Shown here in pieces: positions 23,355-24,000 of a stretch of 24,000 bases of DNA. A model generated the notes under the pieces. The model was not told the DNA's origin. It saw only the letters and a list, made by a program, of their open reading frames with translations, and searched no databases. Source of the stretch: Vibrionaceae bacterium (GTDB taxonomy: Bacteria; Pseudomonadota; Gammaproteobacteria; Enterobacterales; Vibrionaceae); contig OZ245058.1 in NCBI GenBank assembly GCA_965224595.1, positions 346,887 to 370,886 on the forward strand. Direction: 5' to 3'. The stretch's first letter is position 1, and the number at the start of each line of letters is the position of its first letter. The position numbers and the translations under genes were made by a program.

Positions 23355-24000
23355 ATGACAAGAGAAAAATTTGAGTTTGTTTATCAACGAGCAGCAGAGA
23401 GAAAAGGCGGCGTTGAAAGCTTAGAAAGTATCATTAATAAACCGCTAACAGCGGCAAAACTGGCCTCAGTTTCCGATGATCGTTGGTTAGCCTGTTTTAC
23501 AGAGAAAGTCTTTCAGTGCGGCATCTCGTGGAGTGTAGTGAGAAAAAAATGGCCTAATTTTGAACAGCTATTTTTTGGTTTTGATATCGAGAAAATGTTG
23601 TTGATGCCCGATGCTATGTGGGAGCAGAAAGCGCAAGATCCTCAAATTATTCGCCACCTGACTAAGGTGATGACCATTCCAGCGAATGCGCGCATGATTC
23701 AGCAGGAACAAAGAGCTCATGGTTCATTTGCAACCATGGTTGCTGATTGGCCGACGGAGGATATTACCGGTTTATGGAACTATCTAAAAAAACATGGCAA
23801 GCGATTAGGGGGTAATACTGGCGCTTATAGCTTGCGGGTAATGGGGAAAGACACCTTTATTCTCTCCTCAGATGTTGAGGCGTATTTACGACAAAGTGGC
23901 ATTGTAGACAGTGGAAGAACCACCAAAAGAGCTCAATTATCGGCTCAAACTGCGTTTAATGATTGGCAACAAGAGTCAGGAAGAAGCTTAAGCGAAATCA
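23355..24000 (+). CDS. Tag-like (DNA-3-methyladenine glycosylase I family) protein, N-terminal 215 aa; the 3' end lies beyond the window
   Basis: This ORF is not in the supplied track because it runs off the right edge. Translation: MTREKFEFVYQRAAERKGG...ACFTEKVFQCGISWSVVRKKWPNFEQLFFGFD...PQIIRHLTKVMTIPANARMI...LKKHGKRLGGNTGAYSLRVMG. It aligns by eye with E. coli Tag blocks (GLSWITVLKKRENY..F..FD, IIRHRGKIQAIIGNARA, LKKRGFKFVGTTICYSFMQACG). AAGAAGG SD lies upstream. Confidence 0.6.
   Translation, partial: MTREKFEFVYQRAAERKGGVESLESIINKPLTAAKLASVSDDRWLACFTEKVFQCGISWSVVRKKWPNFEQLFFGFDIEKMLLMPDAMWEQKAQDPQIIRHLTKVMTIPANARMIQQEQRAHGSFATMVADWPTEDITGLWNYLKKHGKRLGGNTGAYSLRVMGKDTFILSSDVEAYLRQSGIVDSGRTTKRAQLSAQTAFNDWQQESGRSLSEI

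Overview
This window reads as ordinary chromosomal backbone of a Vibrionaceae-like gamma-proteobacterium, inferred from protein similarity and gene order, with no database search run. Nearly every ORF of useful size can be assigned. In order: dnaK (3' part) and dnaJ. Then a divergent five-gene type IV minor-pilin cluster (PilE-like, then FimT-, PilW-, PilX- and PilV-like). Then chrA with a divergent LysR regulator. Then a minus-strand Ebg-type beta-galactosidase locus (ebgR, ebgA, ebgC, YgjI-like APC permease) directly abutting galT-galK-galM and a convergent galR. Then a YgjH/CsaA-like tRNA-binding protein, a two-gene aldehyde dehydrogenase plus class-I glutamine amidotransferase unit, long-form dapD, SOS-type yebG with a LexA box, and the start of a Tag-like glycosylase. 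I found no rRNA, tRNA, CRISPR array, IS/transposase/integrase, toxin-antitoxin or defence-like gene, and no convincing evidence of a new multi-gene system. The least explained items are: (1) a 37-bp perfect palindrome in the ebgA leader, with a partial second copy upstream of ebgR; (2) three LacI-type operators sharing a TGTAAACGTT core but facing two different repressors; (3) the minor-pilin cluster, with a GRxR-bearing FimT and a 415-aa PilX-like protein that lacks Glu+5; (4) an ALDH whose ELGGK general-base Glu reads Asp, paired with a stand-alone amidotransferase. Several ORF-track starts appear too far upstream and were re-called from Shine-Dalgarno (SD) position and homologue N-termini. 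All homology statements rest on my recall of E. coli and Vibrio protein sequences and need BLAST/HMM confirmation.
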